In this document: positions 35,401-47,785 of the stretch, one piece after another
Numbering within the stretch: position 1 is the first letter of the stretch
How the letters are laid out: each line of letters begins with the position of its first letter
NCBI RefSeq assembly: GCF_001447785.1
Contig: NW_015173680.1
Coordinates: forward strand, 650,557-714,556
Length of the DNA: 64,000 bases
Direction of reading: 5' to 3'
DNA from: Gekko japonicus
Taxonomy: Eukaryota
The notes under the pieces: generated by a model
Told to the model about the DNA's origin: nothing
The model's input: the letters and a program-made list of their open reading frames with translations, nothing else
Database searches by the model: none
Program-made: the position numbers and the translations under genes

Positions 35401-37737
35401 ACACCCTGGATTATCCCTCAGTGGTCGTTGCCTTTGGTATTAGCCAGACTGATGAAACCACCCTTCGAACCTCTAGCTTTCTGCTCCTTAGCTTTACTCA
35501 CAAGGAAGGTAGAATTCTTAGTGGCCATTACATCAGCCAGAAGAGTCAGTGAATTGGCGGCTCTGAGGGTTGATCCTCCTTTTCTCAAAGTATTTAGTGT
35601 GAGGGTTGTATTACACCCGGGCTTAGACTTCCTGCCTAAGGTAGTTTCCAAGTTCCACCTAGCACAGAAATTGCCCTATGGAGCTCTTCCACCAGGCATT
35701 CGATTAGGAGCCGCGTAAAACATCCGAGGAGCAGCCCTGTGCCCTGGCACCACCCCCTATAGGGGGTGGTGGCCCTGGTCTTACCACCTTTAGCATGCCC
35801 TCACCGCATAAATAAGTAGGTCAACAGAGCTGGTGTGGGAATACCATCATGATTGTCACCTATGGAGTACTGTTTAATCTTGAAATTTCTGCTCTCGCAC
35901 TTTATCTGAATATTGTTCCAACACTTTAGGATAATTGATTTGTTTAGGGTTTTTGGTTGTTTTTATGATGGGTTTTAATTGTATTTATATATGCATTTTA
36001 TGTAAGCTGCCCTGAGCCTGCCTTGAGAGGGAGGGCAGGGTATAAATCAAATAAATATTTTTTCCCCACTCCAAATTCGGAAATGGAAAAGGCCCTACAT
36101 ACCCTCGATATTAGGCGGGCCCTCCTTTGCTATATAAGTAGAACCAAACCATTTTGTAAAAACAAAGCACTATGTATTTGTTATTGGGGCCCAAAAAAGG
36201 GCAAAGCTGCTTCAGCCCAGTCCATGTCCAGATGGGTAGTTGCTGCCATCCATTCCCACTACATGGCATCCAGAGAACCATGTCCCCTCGATGTGAAAGC
36301 ACACTCCACTTGAGCGCAGGGATCGTTCGCTGCTTTTAATTGATGAGTTCCCCTGTTGGACATCTGCAGGGCAGCAACCTTGTCGACAAAGGGCATGTTT
36401 GTGAAGCACTATGCTTTAGACCTTCAGGCGAGGAAAGAGGCAGATGTGGGCAAGGCTGTACTGCAGGCTCTGTTCCAGTGAGAGACTCACCCTACCTCCT
36501 CTGGTGAATAGCTCACTAATGGTCCCAATGTGGGGCTGCACGAGAAGACAGAAGATGAAAACAGAGTTGCACTTACCTGTAACTATTGTTCATCGGCATC
36601 TTCTGTGCAGACACACATTCCCTTCCTCCTGCCCTGCCGTGAGCTCTCGCAGGGTCTAAGTGCCATGAAAAGGGGCTCACGGCAGCTTAGCAGGAACTGA
36701 GGGAAATGGTGCATTGGGAGGGAATCCCACGCATGCACCAGCTTCAAAAGGGGCAGGGCGCCCCCTCTTGAGTTTTTTTAGCTAGAAAGAAAATGTCTGC
36801 AGCTGGCCTGCACGGGCGCAGTCCCAATGTTTGTCTGCACAGAAGATGTCGATGAACAGTTACAGGTAAGTGCAACTCTGTTCTCCATGGGTAGGGCGTT
36901 TGAACTGGGCCTAGCTCCAAAGATTAATGGGATGCAGGGCAGAGCTATGCTGTGCTCTTGGGTGCTTTTCACATGCATGTGCACCAGTGCGCTGCTAGAA
37001 CTGTTTCTGGACAATGCATACCAATTCACTAAAAAAAGCCCCACCCAAAGGGTCATAGTCACACACTGCAAAATGGGATCACTCCACATGTCTGAGTGTG
37101 CATGTGAAAGCCCTTGTATTACGTCTTATACCTCCCTCTCATTGTTCAGAGCATCTTGGGACTTGTAGTTTAGGAGTGCTGAAAATTGCCCTCGGAGCTA
37201 CAATTTCCCAGGCTCCTTGAGAAGAGAATTACTATTCGGTCTGTAGTGTATACTTGCCAGACTAGAATCTGTACAGAGCAGCAACAGAAGGAGCAGCTGG
37301 TCACGGGCCCAAGGTGAAGGTGGTTCACAGCTCTGCTCCAATGAAAGCCCTCAAAACTGCTTTCTTTGGTTGTGCAGCATCAGCCACCTTCTGAAACCCA
37401 GCCTGCAACGATATCACGTCTCCTTTTTCCACCTCCCCAGATGAATGGAGAGAGCAAGGACTGCGTCTTCACTGAGATCGTTCTGGAGAACAACTACACT
37501 GCTTTCCAGAATGCCCGTCACGAAGGCTGGTGCATGGCATTCACTCGCAAGGGCCGGCCCCGCAAGGCCTCCCGGAGCCGGCAGAACCAGCGTGAGGCTC
37601 ACTTCATCAAGCGCCTCTACCAAGGCCAGTTGCCGTTCCCCAACAATCCCCAACGCCAGAAGCAGTTCGAGTTTGTGAGTTCTTCATCCCCAACTCGGAG
37701 GACAAAGCGCACCCGTGGACCCCGTACTCAAGCTTAA
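17421..37737 (+). CDS. FGF17: Fibroblast growth factor 17, complete, 5 coding exons, 216 aa
   Basis: Exons: 17421-17452 ([11 protein letters not shown], least certain), 17618-17654 ([12 protein letters not shown], 37 nt), 29450-29627 ([44 protein letters not shown]...), 30842-30948 ([36 protein letters not shown]) and 37441-37737 (..[60 protein letters not shown]..). Total 651 nt with consistent phases. Candidate AATAAA at 38635 and 39153. Confidence 0.95.
22965..23720 (+). pseudogene. PCM1: Intronless PCM1 (pericentriolar material 1) fragment inside the LTR element
   Basis: One reading frame with a single stop (23265-23267): [124 protein letters not shown]. This matches recalled PCM1 motifs ([16 protein letters not shown]; [20 protein letters not shown]; ELTPSESLATTDDETFEKNF). 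Confidence 0.9.
24115..24343 (+). mobile_element. Sauria SINE (5'-truncated) inserted in the 3' LTR
   Basis: (ACCTTT)n tail and a 12-bp TSD TACAAGAGGGAA (24103-24114 / 24344-24355). Absent from the 5' LTR. Confidence 0.88.
26118..26312 (+). mobile_element. tRNA-derived SINE (Squam2-like); related copy at ~29105-29292
   Basis: tRNA-like head with B box GGTTCAATCCC and a conserved 3' end, gtataaagcagcttcatgtg. Confidence 0.55.
26898..27262 (-). mobile_element. L2 LINE 3' fragment
   Basis: Minus-strand [18 protein letters not shown] (L2 ORF2 end) plus a (ttta)n tail. Confidence 0.65.
28035..28225. mobile_element. hAT-type MITE
   Basis: TIRs CAGTGTTCCCTC / GAGGGAGCATTG and an 8-bp TSD GTTGTGAT/GTTATGAT. 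Confidence 0.75.
31345..33075 (-). mobile_element. L2 LINE, 5'-truncated, ORF2 RT region with frameshifts
   Basis: Minus-strand ORFs 32677-33075, 32182-32643 and 31652-32356 carry [43 protein letters not shown] and [10 protein letters not shown]. (TTTA)n tail at 31345. Confidence 0.92.
33080..36885 (+). mobile_element. DIRS-type tyrosine-recombinase retrotransposon, decayed and 5'-truncated
   Basis: RT remnant (FGL..RIFTK, PYLDDWL, ~33110-33250), RNase H ([25 protein letters not shown]), methyltransferase-like domain (DAFQIPW..AFPPF..LVAPFWP) and YR ([33 protein letters not shown]). Inverted repeat 36560-36619 / 36826-36882 at the 3' end. Confidence 0.9.
35677..36056 (+). mobile_element. L2-type 3' UTR fragment inserted in the DIRS recombinase gene
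   Basis: Ends tgtaagctgccctgagcctg...gggtataaatcaaataaata. The YR reading frame resumes after it. Boundaries are approximate. Confidence 0.6.
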
Positions 37738-39982
37738 AGGGCCGCACAAGCCTCTGCTAGCCCCTCCTGCAGTTTGTGTGTTGGCTTTCTGTCTGCTGCT
37801 GAGTGCCAGGGGCTGCATGTCAGAGACCATGCTGCCATATACAAACTACCTGGTTCCCTATCACAGCTGACTGACTTCTCTATTTCCACATTTTACAAAC
37901 ACTTTTATACTTTGGTTCTAGTTGGCACAAAGGAAAAAACGTCAAGCTGAGCAAAAGAACACTGGGCCCGGGATACTTGGTGCAGACAAAAGCCCAGGTA
38001 TTGCATTTCCCTATCCAGGGAGTTTGTGACTTTTGGACTTNNNNNNNNNNNNNNNNNCCCAGTGGTGGCCATTCACAAAAAGAGGAGACCCCTTACTGTA
38101 TGCTGAGAGCCTAGCAGTGGTTTGCTGTGCAGACTGAACACCAATTATCCAATGTGAGACCAGCTATAGATCTTGTCTTCACAAAGATAGGCCTACTGTA
38201 AGGGTAGAAAGAAATCTGCTGGCAAAGCCTTGGAGAGCAGACAGTGGAGGTGGAGTAATAGCTACAGGGTGAATGATAAATAGCACCCTGCCCTTCTAAA
38301 CAGGCGGGATTGCGTGGAAGAAGAAGAGAGGCTCTTCTGGCCCAGGTTTCAAGGCGAGAGCAGTGGAGAACCCCATTTGCCCTTTCCCCCCCCTAAATAA
38401 GGTATCCTGGCACTGAACACGAGTCATGATGTGGGGAAAGCTTGTCCCCTTGTTTTGGAAGGGAAGTCCTCAGCACTTGTTCTCATAGTAGCTGGACTGT
38501 TGCAATGGCCTTTGTGAGTTATTTATTTGGTGTTAATGTGCTGCCTTGTGTCTGGTTGTTCCAGGCAGAATGGCAGGATCCCAGGTGGCTCTGCCATGAA
38601 GCAACTGCTTCTTCAGGTGGCAGCTTGTTGGCAAAATAAAAGGCAGCAAAGCAGTCAGAAAAATTCTAAGTGTAATATTTCCAGTATCTACTTCTTGCAG
38701 GAGTAAGTATAAGTAGAAGCAGTCCCATCAAAAGGCAAGGCAAGCAGATTTTGGAAGTCATTCCAGGGTAGCAGAGCAGAAGACTGACCCATTGTGGACA
38801 CAGTCCATTGGTTCTCCTGCACAAGCCCTATTCAAATGAACCTCAGGTTTCAATGGAGCTTGCACATAGAATAGATTATGTTCCCAAGGATTTGTAGGAG
38901 TGGAGAGACTGGGTTTTCCATTTTCAGCACCACGGTGTCTTGTGCTACTCCTCAAGAGTTGTTGGCCTGTTTGTAAATTACCTCCTTGGGAAACACCTAC
39001 CCAAAGATCTCTGATCTTATGAAGAGCGAGCTCAAATTACCTACATTTTAGAGAGAAAGAGGCTATTCCTAGGATTGTGTCTTCTGGGCACAGTTGCTTT
39101 CTTTAAATGGTAATTGAAGCTGTTTTAGACCTAACCATTAGAATTTCATTAAAATAAAAAATACTTTCTTAACATTTCACATTTGGGGAATGGTTCCCTT
39201 TTTGCTATCCTTACCTTGAATACAGCAAGGTGCCTTATACTGAATGAGGCTATTGCTCTGTCATGGTCAGTAATGTCGGTTCTGAGCAGTAGTAATTCTC
39301 CAGGGCCTCCAGTTTTTACAGCGTTTTCCTAGGCTGCTGCCCATGCAATGCAAATGCCAATGTCATGTATCAGCCCTGATGCACCAGTTTTCATTGTGTT
39401 CTGACCACCTCATGTGCCAACTTCCAGATCTGCAGGGTAAGCAGCAGCCACAGGGATGGGGATATGTTGGTCAAGACAGGGCTATACGTCTGTGGCTCTC
39501 TGAGAAGCCTGGCTGTCAAGAGTTTGGTGAGGAGCTGAGGGTTCTTTGTTAAGAATTCTGTCACCCAATTCTGATCCCTCTGTGGCTGGAGAAGACAGCA
39601 GGGCTGCCAAAGCCATTTCAATCCATAGGGGCTGCTAAAGCAGTTTAATGCATAGCCGTGGATTCAGTATTAAGTGAACCAATTTCAAAAGCAGCCTCAC
39701 ATAAATAGCACTGCAGCAATCTAACCAAGATGGGATGGGGTCAGAGCATAGGTTACTGGGACCAGATCCTCCTCTACCTTCTAGAACATGCGTGTACATC
39801 ATTCACACTGTGGCTTTTGCACCTTGGGAATGGTGTTCATTAAACCCTTGCAGTAGCTCTTAACAGGCCACCATCCCAAGGAAAGTCCACTGCTTCAAGA
39901 AGGACCACTTCTTAATGGGTAAAACAGTGCCTTTTTGAACTGCGTGACTGGGAGGAGCCAAAACCAGAAATAAAAATGGAAG

Positions 39983-40170
39983 GACCACTTCCACACTGTC
40001 ATTTCTGTCACTTGTTTTTCCCTATTGCTTTGCCCCCCCACCCCACCCCTTTTCCACATGTGTTTTGCTCCCTTTGGGACTACTAGAGAGAGCAAAACAC
40101 ATTTTTTTGGGGGGGGACCCTAAAGCAATAGGGACAAACGAGTGACAAAATGACAGTGCGGAAGTGGCCA
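39983..40170. mobile_element. Short fold-back MITE
   Basis: Inverted termini ccacttccacactgtcattt..gtcacttgttt / aaacgagtgacaaaatgacagtgcggaagtgg. A related terminus is seen at ~41210-41245. Confidence 0.55.
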
Positions 40171-40554
40171 CTACTCTGTGAGGTATGTTAGGCTGAGAGA
40201 GGAGGACTGGCCCAAGGTCACTAAGAGAGCATTATGGTAGAGTAGAGATGAGAATCTCTCCTCTCCTGGGTCAAGAGTAGTGTTTAAAAAAAGACCAGCA
40301 AGAAAAAAATAGCATTTTGGAAGCTCTTCCACAAAGTTATTGAATCGAGTCATTGCAATTTACCCTTATCCTTATTTCCTTGCTTAGACACTCCTTTCCT
40401 TATTTATTCATATCATTCATTTTCTTCTCCTTCTACCCCTGAATACTTCATTAGTTATAGGATAAAAGTAATCTTTAAAGTGCCACTGGACTCCTGTCTT
40501 ATTCCGCTACGGCACAATAACATGGCTACGCATTTGGAATCTTCATTAGCTACG

Positions 40555-41195
40555 GATTTTTATAAGTTTCCAAAGCTATAATATCCTTTTTAAGGTGTGG
40601 TGACCAGAACTGCACACAGTATTTCAAATGAGGTCGCACCATTGATTTATATAGGGGCATTATGATATTGGCTGATCTGTTTTCAGTGCCCTTCCTAATA
40701 ATCCCCAGCATAGCATTGGCCTTCTTTATTGCAGTCACACACTGTCTCGACATTTTCAGTGAGTTATCTGCTACAACTCCAAGATCTCTCTCTTGATCAG
40801 TCTCTGCCAGTACAGACCCCATCAATGTGTATTTATATTTAGGATTTTTGGCTCCAATGTGCATCACCTTACACTTGGCCACACTGAACCCCATTTGCCA
40901 TGTTGACACCCACTTGCCCATCCTTGACAGATCCCTTTGGAGTGCCTCACAATCCTCCCTGGTTTTCACCACCCTGAACAACTTCGTATCATCCGCAAAT
41001 TTAGCCACTTCACTGCTTACTCCCAACTCCAAATCATTAATGAACAAGTTAAAAAGCAGTGGACCAAGTACTGATCCCTGCGGTACCCCACTGCTTACCA
41101 CCCTCCACTGAGAAAATTGTCCATTTATACTCACTCTCTGTTTTCTATTAATTAGCCAGTTTTTGACCCATAAAAGGACAAGTCCTTTTATCCCA
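40555..41195 (-). mobile_element. CR1 LINE ORF2 fragment
   Basis: SGVPQGSVLGPLLFNLFINDL..KFADDTKL..LYKSMVRPHLKYCVQFWSP. Confidence 0.92.
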
Positions 41196-44089
41196 TGCAC
41201 AAGTAACAAAACGAGTAAACAAAAATGACAGTGCAGAAGTGTCTGCCCTGTAGCTCCTTGATAGATGCCATATTTTGCATAAAGTGTTTCCACAACAGAC
41301 TTCCACTTGATCAAGCGCAGCTACAAAGGGACTTGAGGCAGGATCAGAACCCTTCTCACTGAAAGTAGCTTGCTGGTGAGCTGTAGCTGTAGAATGTGCT
41401 CCAGGCCCTTTTGGAAACCTATTTCTTTTTGAGTCCCAGTACTTGGTGCTTACAAAAGTTGAAGAACCTTGGGAGGACAAAACTGTCTAAACCCCCTCAG
41501 TTTAAACAGCAAAAGAAAGCAGTCAGCCACATGTCTGTGAATCTCGTCAATTATACCAGTCTTGTCAGACAAAAGTCTGGGCCCCTCTTTCCTCTATTGA
41601 ATCACCTTTTATTTGCAAACTCAAGCCCACAATAGCTGGGGCAAGAGGCACCGTCTTTGGAATCTGGCAGCCTTTTACTAGGTCTTAGTGGGGTGTTACC
41701 TGCCGGAAAACTCCTCAAGGCACGGAAATGAGGAAAGCTTATCCAGCTAACCTTTTGAGAGCTTGTGGGCGTTTTGCTGAGATCAAAGGCCTGGTGGAAA
41801 TGGAGGTTGCAGGACCGGGCCTCCCTGAGCCTGTGCCAGCAGCAAGGTTCATTGTTTGGAGCCCCTTGGAAAGTAGCAAGAGGACTGTCCAGATAAGAGA
41901 AAAAGAAGTCAGTCCCCCATCTATTGGCTTCACATTTTAGAGGTGGGGTGGGGGCTTTCAAGCTTTTCTACACATTCAGCCAGAGGCCTGAGGTGTCTCA
42001 CTGCCTGGGATCAACCAGGTTGCAAGGATGGGGAACAGTTATAAGGGCTTTGCATGCTGCAAGCAAGAGTCCTCTGTTCTGTGATCATTCCAGGCAACGA
42101 GAATTAATTTGTGTTCAGTGGAAGTGACCAAGTGCCCCTGCCTGAATGCACCTCCGATGCCATTGCCACATCCCACTGGATAGTGCTTTTTTCTTCAACA
42201 CCTACAATTGTTAAGATGCTAAAGCACCCTTGTGGGCTTTTGAGGCTGGGTCCTGTGGAAAAGATCCCTGGGTGCAGGGGGAGAGGTCATTTTCAATTAT
42301 TATATTCCTGCTCATGGCGNNNNNNNNNNNGCCTGCTGCTGCAGCCCTTCTCAGTTCCCCCCAGTGCTGCCCTTGGGGGTTGCCTGCCCCCCAGAAGCAG
42401 GATTTCAGCCTGCAGCAGGAGTGGCAATGGTGAAGTCACACTTCCATGCATACAGTTTAGAGGGCATCCAACCCTTTGTCCATCCTGCCTCTGGACCTTA
42501 TTGAGGGATGACAGTGCTGGTTGTGATGACATCCCATATTTATTAAAGGCCTTTTTTGACAATCTGTTTGTAGTGTCCTAAAGACAAAAGTGACATTACC
42601 CATACAAGTCAGCAAAGTGTATTGTATCAGGGCTAATGCAGGAACAAAGGGGAAAGGGGATATTTGGACAAATTGCCAGAATAGTTCCGCATGCAGTGTG
42701 CCAACTAACCCTTTGCTGTGGTTTCTTTCACTGTGTTTTTGATCTAGCTTGGTCAGTTAACAGCTTCCCTCACTCCCTCCCCAAGTCTCCTTGCTTGCCA
42801 TCAGGAAGAAAGCAGACACAGGGTGTTACATTCCTCTTAGCTAGCTGCTGTTAATGGATGTGTTCTCCGTGACCAATTTTAATCATTACTTACAACTGAT
42901 TGTGTTCTTGACCTTTATTGCTGCTTCTTGCAATGAGGCACCAGGCTAGTTGTGTGAAAAGGGACTTGGTCTGCTGCTGGGGAGGGGGGCTCTATCTGTC
43001 ATTGATATCAGCCACTGTGGTTCCTGTTTCCAGTGAGCTGCAATTCAGGTCAGAAACCTTCTGACAGAAGCAAACTAGGTCATCCACCTGACTCCAGCAG
43101 ACTGTGGCTGCCTTGTTGGTCCCAAAGGGCTAGAGACAGAAGTTGCTGTACCCTTCACTGGGCCAGCTGAGGTTGGTGGAAGGAATGAGCATACGCTGAG
43201 ATGCCAAGAATTCTTCATCAGGCAATGGAACAAAATTTCCGGCTAATGTTAAGCAGCTGGATTGTCAGTGACTGAAAAACCCTTGTATTGATAATGACCT
43301 AAAGAGGTGCATGGTACTAGGTAACAATTTTTTATTCCCAGCATGCTGAGCACAGTCTGATACCAGATGGCCACACCCTGTGCCCACTGAAGTCGGCTAA
43401 GCATCCCAATGGGATCCTGTGGTGTCCAGACAAACCATGACCACCTGAAAGATCCTTTTTTGCTCCCCCTGCCTTTTGTTTAACATCCAGTCTGATGAAG
43501 AGTTCATTAGAACCTAAAAGCTTGCACAGTTTTGTGTTAGTTGGGTTTGTCCTAGTAAAAGGTATTACGTTCCTTTTTTTTTTGCTATGAACCAACATGA
43601 CGATGTTTAACCAACTTCCAGAGGAGCAGCCATGTTAGTCTATTACAAGAAAAATTACAAAAAGATCGAATCCCACCACCTTGCTTCTGTGAAACCCCTG
43701 GCTATGCATTCTCCTAACAGCAAACTTAAGATGGTGCATTTTAAAAAATGCAATTTTACACACTTTGTGGGTACAATTTCCTTAGGTTATGTTTTCAGTG
43801 ACAACCCGTTGCTCAGATCAGAAATATCCATGAAAACAACAAATGGGGAGTTGAGCGGCCACACACCTGAACGCACACGCATATATATCTTGGCCTTTGG
43901 TGAATAGGTTTTTTTGTTTGTTTTTTTAAAGGGCAGATCAGCTTCTGCAGACATCGCAAAGTCACTGGACCGCTTCCCCTCCCCCATCAATCTCCCCTCT
44001 AATTGCTTTTTTCCTGCTCACAATACGGACGAGCAAGAATTTTAATCCTGTAACTGGGCCTCCAAAAGCCATTCACAAAGCGACACAAA

Positions 44090-44780
44090 AACAACGGGGC
44101 TGGGGCGGGGCAGGGGGAAATTATAACAGTTTGAGTTCAATGAAGCTTTAAGGCAGGAGGGAAACGGGACACCCAGCAATTGCCGCGGACAATGGCCGCT
44201 CCCAGGTGTGCCGTCGGCGGGGAATTAGCACCGGGCCCGGCGTGGTCTCTCGGCTTCGCCGGCCGCCGCCACCGCCGCAGCTTCNNNNNNNNNNNNNNNN
44301 NNNNNNNNNNNNNNNNNNNNNNNNNNNNNNNNNNNNNNNNNNNNNNNNNNNNNNNNNNNGGGCCCCCGCGCCGCCCTTTTTTGTGGGGGGGGGGGGGGGG
44401 CTAAAAGCATAGCCGAGGGTGTCGGCCGGACGGATTTTCCTCGGCTCGCAGACCCGCCCCGACGGCCGCCGCCGTTTCGCTCTCGACTGCGCGGATTAGG
44501 GAGCGCGACGCCGGCGCGGAGGGGCCCCCCAGGCCACCCACCCAGAGCCGCGCAGGTGTGCAGGGCAAGCCGGCGGCCTCCTCGCTTGGGGGCCGTCGGG
44601 AACTCCTTGAAACAAAGAGCCGGCCTGCTTCGTGAGGCCAGACTAGGCGGAGAGGGCCCTGGGTACATCCGCCAGAGTTGCGAGGCCGAGCAAGGCGCAC
44701 CCAAAGAGGAATGGTTTGGCCAACACGGGGGGGGGGCGCTACTCACCACCACCACCCCTCCCAAAAAAGCCGCAAAACAG
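44090..44780. promoter_or_regulatory. CpG island (contains an N gap)
   Basis: GC/CpG-rich, with GGGGCGGGG and a TATAA-like motif near 44100-44126. Target gene unknown. Confidence 0.55.
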
Positions 44781-45769
44781 ATTTTCTCCCCTTTGCTCAA
44801 GGTACACACTGGTGCGCCTGCTTTTGGTGGTCTCCGAAGGCGACAAGGACCTAGAGAAACAACGTGGTGGCATATGGGGCCAAAAGGCAGTGCATGCAAG
44901 AGATCTGGTCTGTCACTGTTTTATGCAGGATGCCAGATTATGCAGCGTAAAAGGACTACTAGTCATGGCAGCCCCACCAGGTGGTACACCAGGGCACTAG
45001 GCTTGCTATGCTGATTTAGAATCTTGTCCGATCTTGGAAGTTAAACTGGGTCGCCCATATTTAGTGCTTGCACAGGATGCTGCCAAGGAAGATTGGAGTA
45101 GCTACGCAGAGGCAGGCAATGGCAAGCCACCGCTGAACACCTCTTGCCTTGAAAACACCACGATGGATCAGCATAAACTGGCTTCATCTTGACAGCATTT
45201 TCCACCAACCCCAGTGCAAGAGAAACCGTCACTGTAGCTGAACCCTAATTTAATAAACTCCAGTCTAGCAAGGTCACTAACGTTTCCCTCTAAAATTTTC
45301 TTTTATTTTAAATTCTGGTGACTTTCGAGTCAGCAGCAGAACCCTATTTAAAAGTGAAAGATTATCCCACAGGCTTTGAAATATTTACTTTGCTTATAGT
45401 CTGCCTTTTTATATATATATATTTGTGTCCATTTATGTATCCATTACAATATCTGAAGCAGAGGAGAGGGATCTAAGACCGGGAAAAATGTTCATCTTCA
45501 TGGTCTCAGTACCATCCCACATGTGGGTCAGCTGCAGAAAATTCTGGAAGATTGGAGCATGAGATGCTCCCCACCTTTCCACGCTTTCTTTTGGGTCATG
45601 TGAGGAGACATGCCATAATTTATTCTTCAGTTCTTTCATTTCTCTGAGGAGAAAATACTTCTTTTTCTTCCATTGTTCAGCTATGTCTATTTCCATTGAT
45701 GGTGCAATGTGAGGCAAAAATGGCACAATCAGATGACCATTCACGGTCTCTGCTGTGCTTGGCAGAACA

Positions 45770-46110
45770 GCAAGATGCTGTAGATGTTCAGTTTGCAAAC
45801 AGTTTACTCCCGATGCTAGAAATAATATTTGGCTCTTTAGATATAGAAATATCTTTATTGTTTACTCACAAAGAACTTCCAGGTTTAGAAATGAACTTCC
45901 AGGATTTTAATATGCTGCAATGATAAAAGGACAGAAATTATCTGCTCAAACTATTTTCCACTGGACAGTTTCCCACATAAAAGTGTGCTATGAAGTGGCA
46001 AAAGTAGACTGTCAACTGGGAATCCATGCTCACTTAACCCGAGCACGGGGACATTCTGCTTTTCTGCAAGGAATTGCTGTAGAGACCTGGTCTTCCAGGC
46101 TTGAGAGTCA
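45770..46110 (+). mobile_element. Old DIRS tyrosine recombinase remnant
   Basis: KGQKLSAQTIFHW..IKVCY..GIHAHLTRA..TWSS parallels the YR C-terminus at 36190-36420. Confidence 0.65.
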
Positions 46111-46611
46111 CTAACCATGAGATCCAATGAGCTGCAAGATGTGACAGGAAGTAAAGTGACATCAGATTCATAAGACAGGAAGTGGGAGCATTAAGAGTTA
46201 TGAGCTCATCAGTGTCAAGGCCAGGATCAGGAGCAGCAGACCAAAAAAGCTGGTTAGAGGTAACACAAGCCAGGCACATTCCCCCGTCCACAGGCACAAC
46301 CTCCAAATTCCAGGGAGTTCCCAGGCCAGAGTTGCCATCCCTACTTGCAACCCACCTGAAGGTCTGCACCCATGGGTCCCCACACCACTGCTGCAGCTAG
46401 AGAATATTGGCAAAGCTGCAACACGGAGGAGGAGAGTATCTCAGGTGTGTACAGCTCCCACATGTGATTGCACAGATAATCACCCTGATGAGCCACAGCT
46501 AAATGCAAACTAAGTCAGCATTGCTTTTTTGTGAAGCCGTGCAAAAGGATATGAATGGATGAACAGGAGGAAAGGTGCCTTCATTTTTACACATTCCAGT
46601 TCCAGGGGGAT

Positions 46612-47483
46612 CAGGGCCGGCTCACCTGCTAGGCAAACTAGGCCTTCGCCTAGAGCGTGAGCCGGCCCTTGGGGCGCCAAACTGGACCCACCCCCGCCAA
46701 AGCCCCCCAGCCCCTGCCAAAAGCTTTGCATCTCCCTGGCCGCTGTCGCCGCCGCCTCTTTCTCCCCAAGTCCGGCAAGCACTAAGCTTGCCGGACTCGG
46801 GGCGAAAGAGGCGGCGGCGGTCAGGGAGATGCAGGGCTTTTGGCAAGGGTGGAGCTGGGCACCTCCCCAAAACTGTGCCTCCCTCTCCAAAAGCACCACC
46901 CAAGGCACCCCGCATGTCTGTCCAGAAGTGGGCTCCCCTATGACCCACAGCGGCCTGGCCAGCCTCTCGGCAGCAGCGGCAGCCACTCAGCGGGGCTGGG
47001 GCTGGCTCAGGCAGCCCGTCTTCCAGTGGGGGCTCGGCCCGGCCCAACACACCTACCCCGGCCGGCAGCCGATCTGCGCAGGTGCAGAAGCTGCTGTCGC
47101 CGCCACCAGCCCCGGCTGCATGCTCACCCGGCTGTCTGTCGCCCGCCCGCCTGCTTCGGGGGCTCCCTCGAGCCTACCTTCCCGGGCGCCTCCTGCCTGC
47201 TGGGCTGCCACTTCTCAGACAGGGAGGGGCGCCTTGGGCGGGGCCAAGTTAAGTGGGACGCGAGGGAAGGAGGGGCGGGACTGGCGAGACCCTGACCCTG
47301 CCCGCCCACCAGGCGGCTCCCTCCTACCTCTCCCAAATCCCCGAGCCGGCCACCTCCCCACTCCTCTCCCGCCCAGCGGCTCCGGAGAGCAAGGAGGCGG
47401 CCAGCTGGGAGGTCTCCAGGCCCCACCAGGAGGTTGGCATCTGCGCCTCGCCTAGGGCGCAGAAACCCTTCGGGCCGGCCCTG
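46612..47483. mobile_element. GC-rich hAT non-autonomous element
   Basis: TIR CAGGGCCGGC / GCCGGCCCTG and an 8-bp TSD AGGGGGAT/AGAGGGAT. Confidence 0.8.
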
Positions 47484-47576
47484 AGAGGGATCTACCTGCA
47501 AAAGCTCCACCTACGACGTCTTCTTGGAATAGATTCACAAAGAAGTGTAGCTGTTTTGATAAGGTAAAATCTCTAA

Positions 47577-47785
47577 TGGCCCAGGCTAGCTCGATCTCAT
47601 TAGATCTCGGAAGCTCAACAGTGCCGACTCTGTATTTGTATGGGATGGGAGACCACCAAGGAAGTCCAGGGTTGCTAGGCAGAGGCAGGCAATAGCAAAC
47701 CACCGTTGAATATCTCTTGCCTTGAAAACCCCTTGCTGGGGTCACTGTAAGTTGGCTGTGACTTGACAGCACTTTATACACACAT
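47577..47785 (+). mobile_element. 5S rRNA-derived SINE (copies also at ~45050-45205 and 63826-64000)
   Basis: Head resembles 5S rRNA (gatctc..agatctcggaagct..ggatgggagacc). The body and tail (aggcagaggcaggcaat..cttgccttgaaaaccc) are shared between copies. Confidence 0.7.

Noticed and set aside
29450-37737. FGF8 or FGF18
   Set aside because: [21 protein letters not shown] and [20 protein letters not shown] are FGF17-specific.
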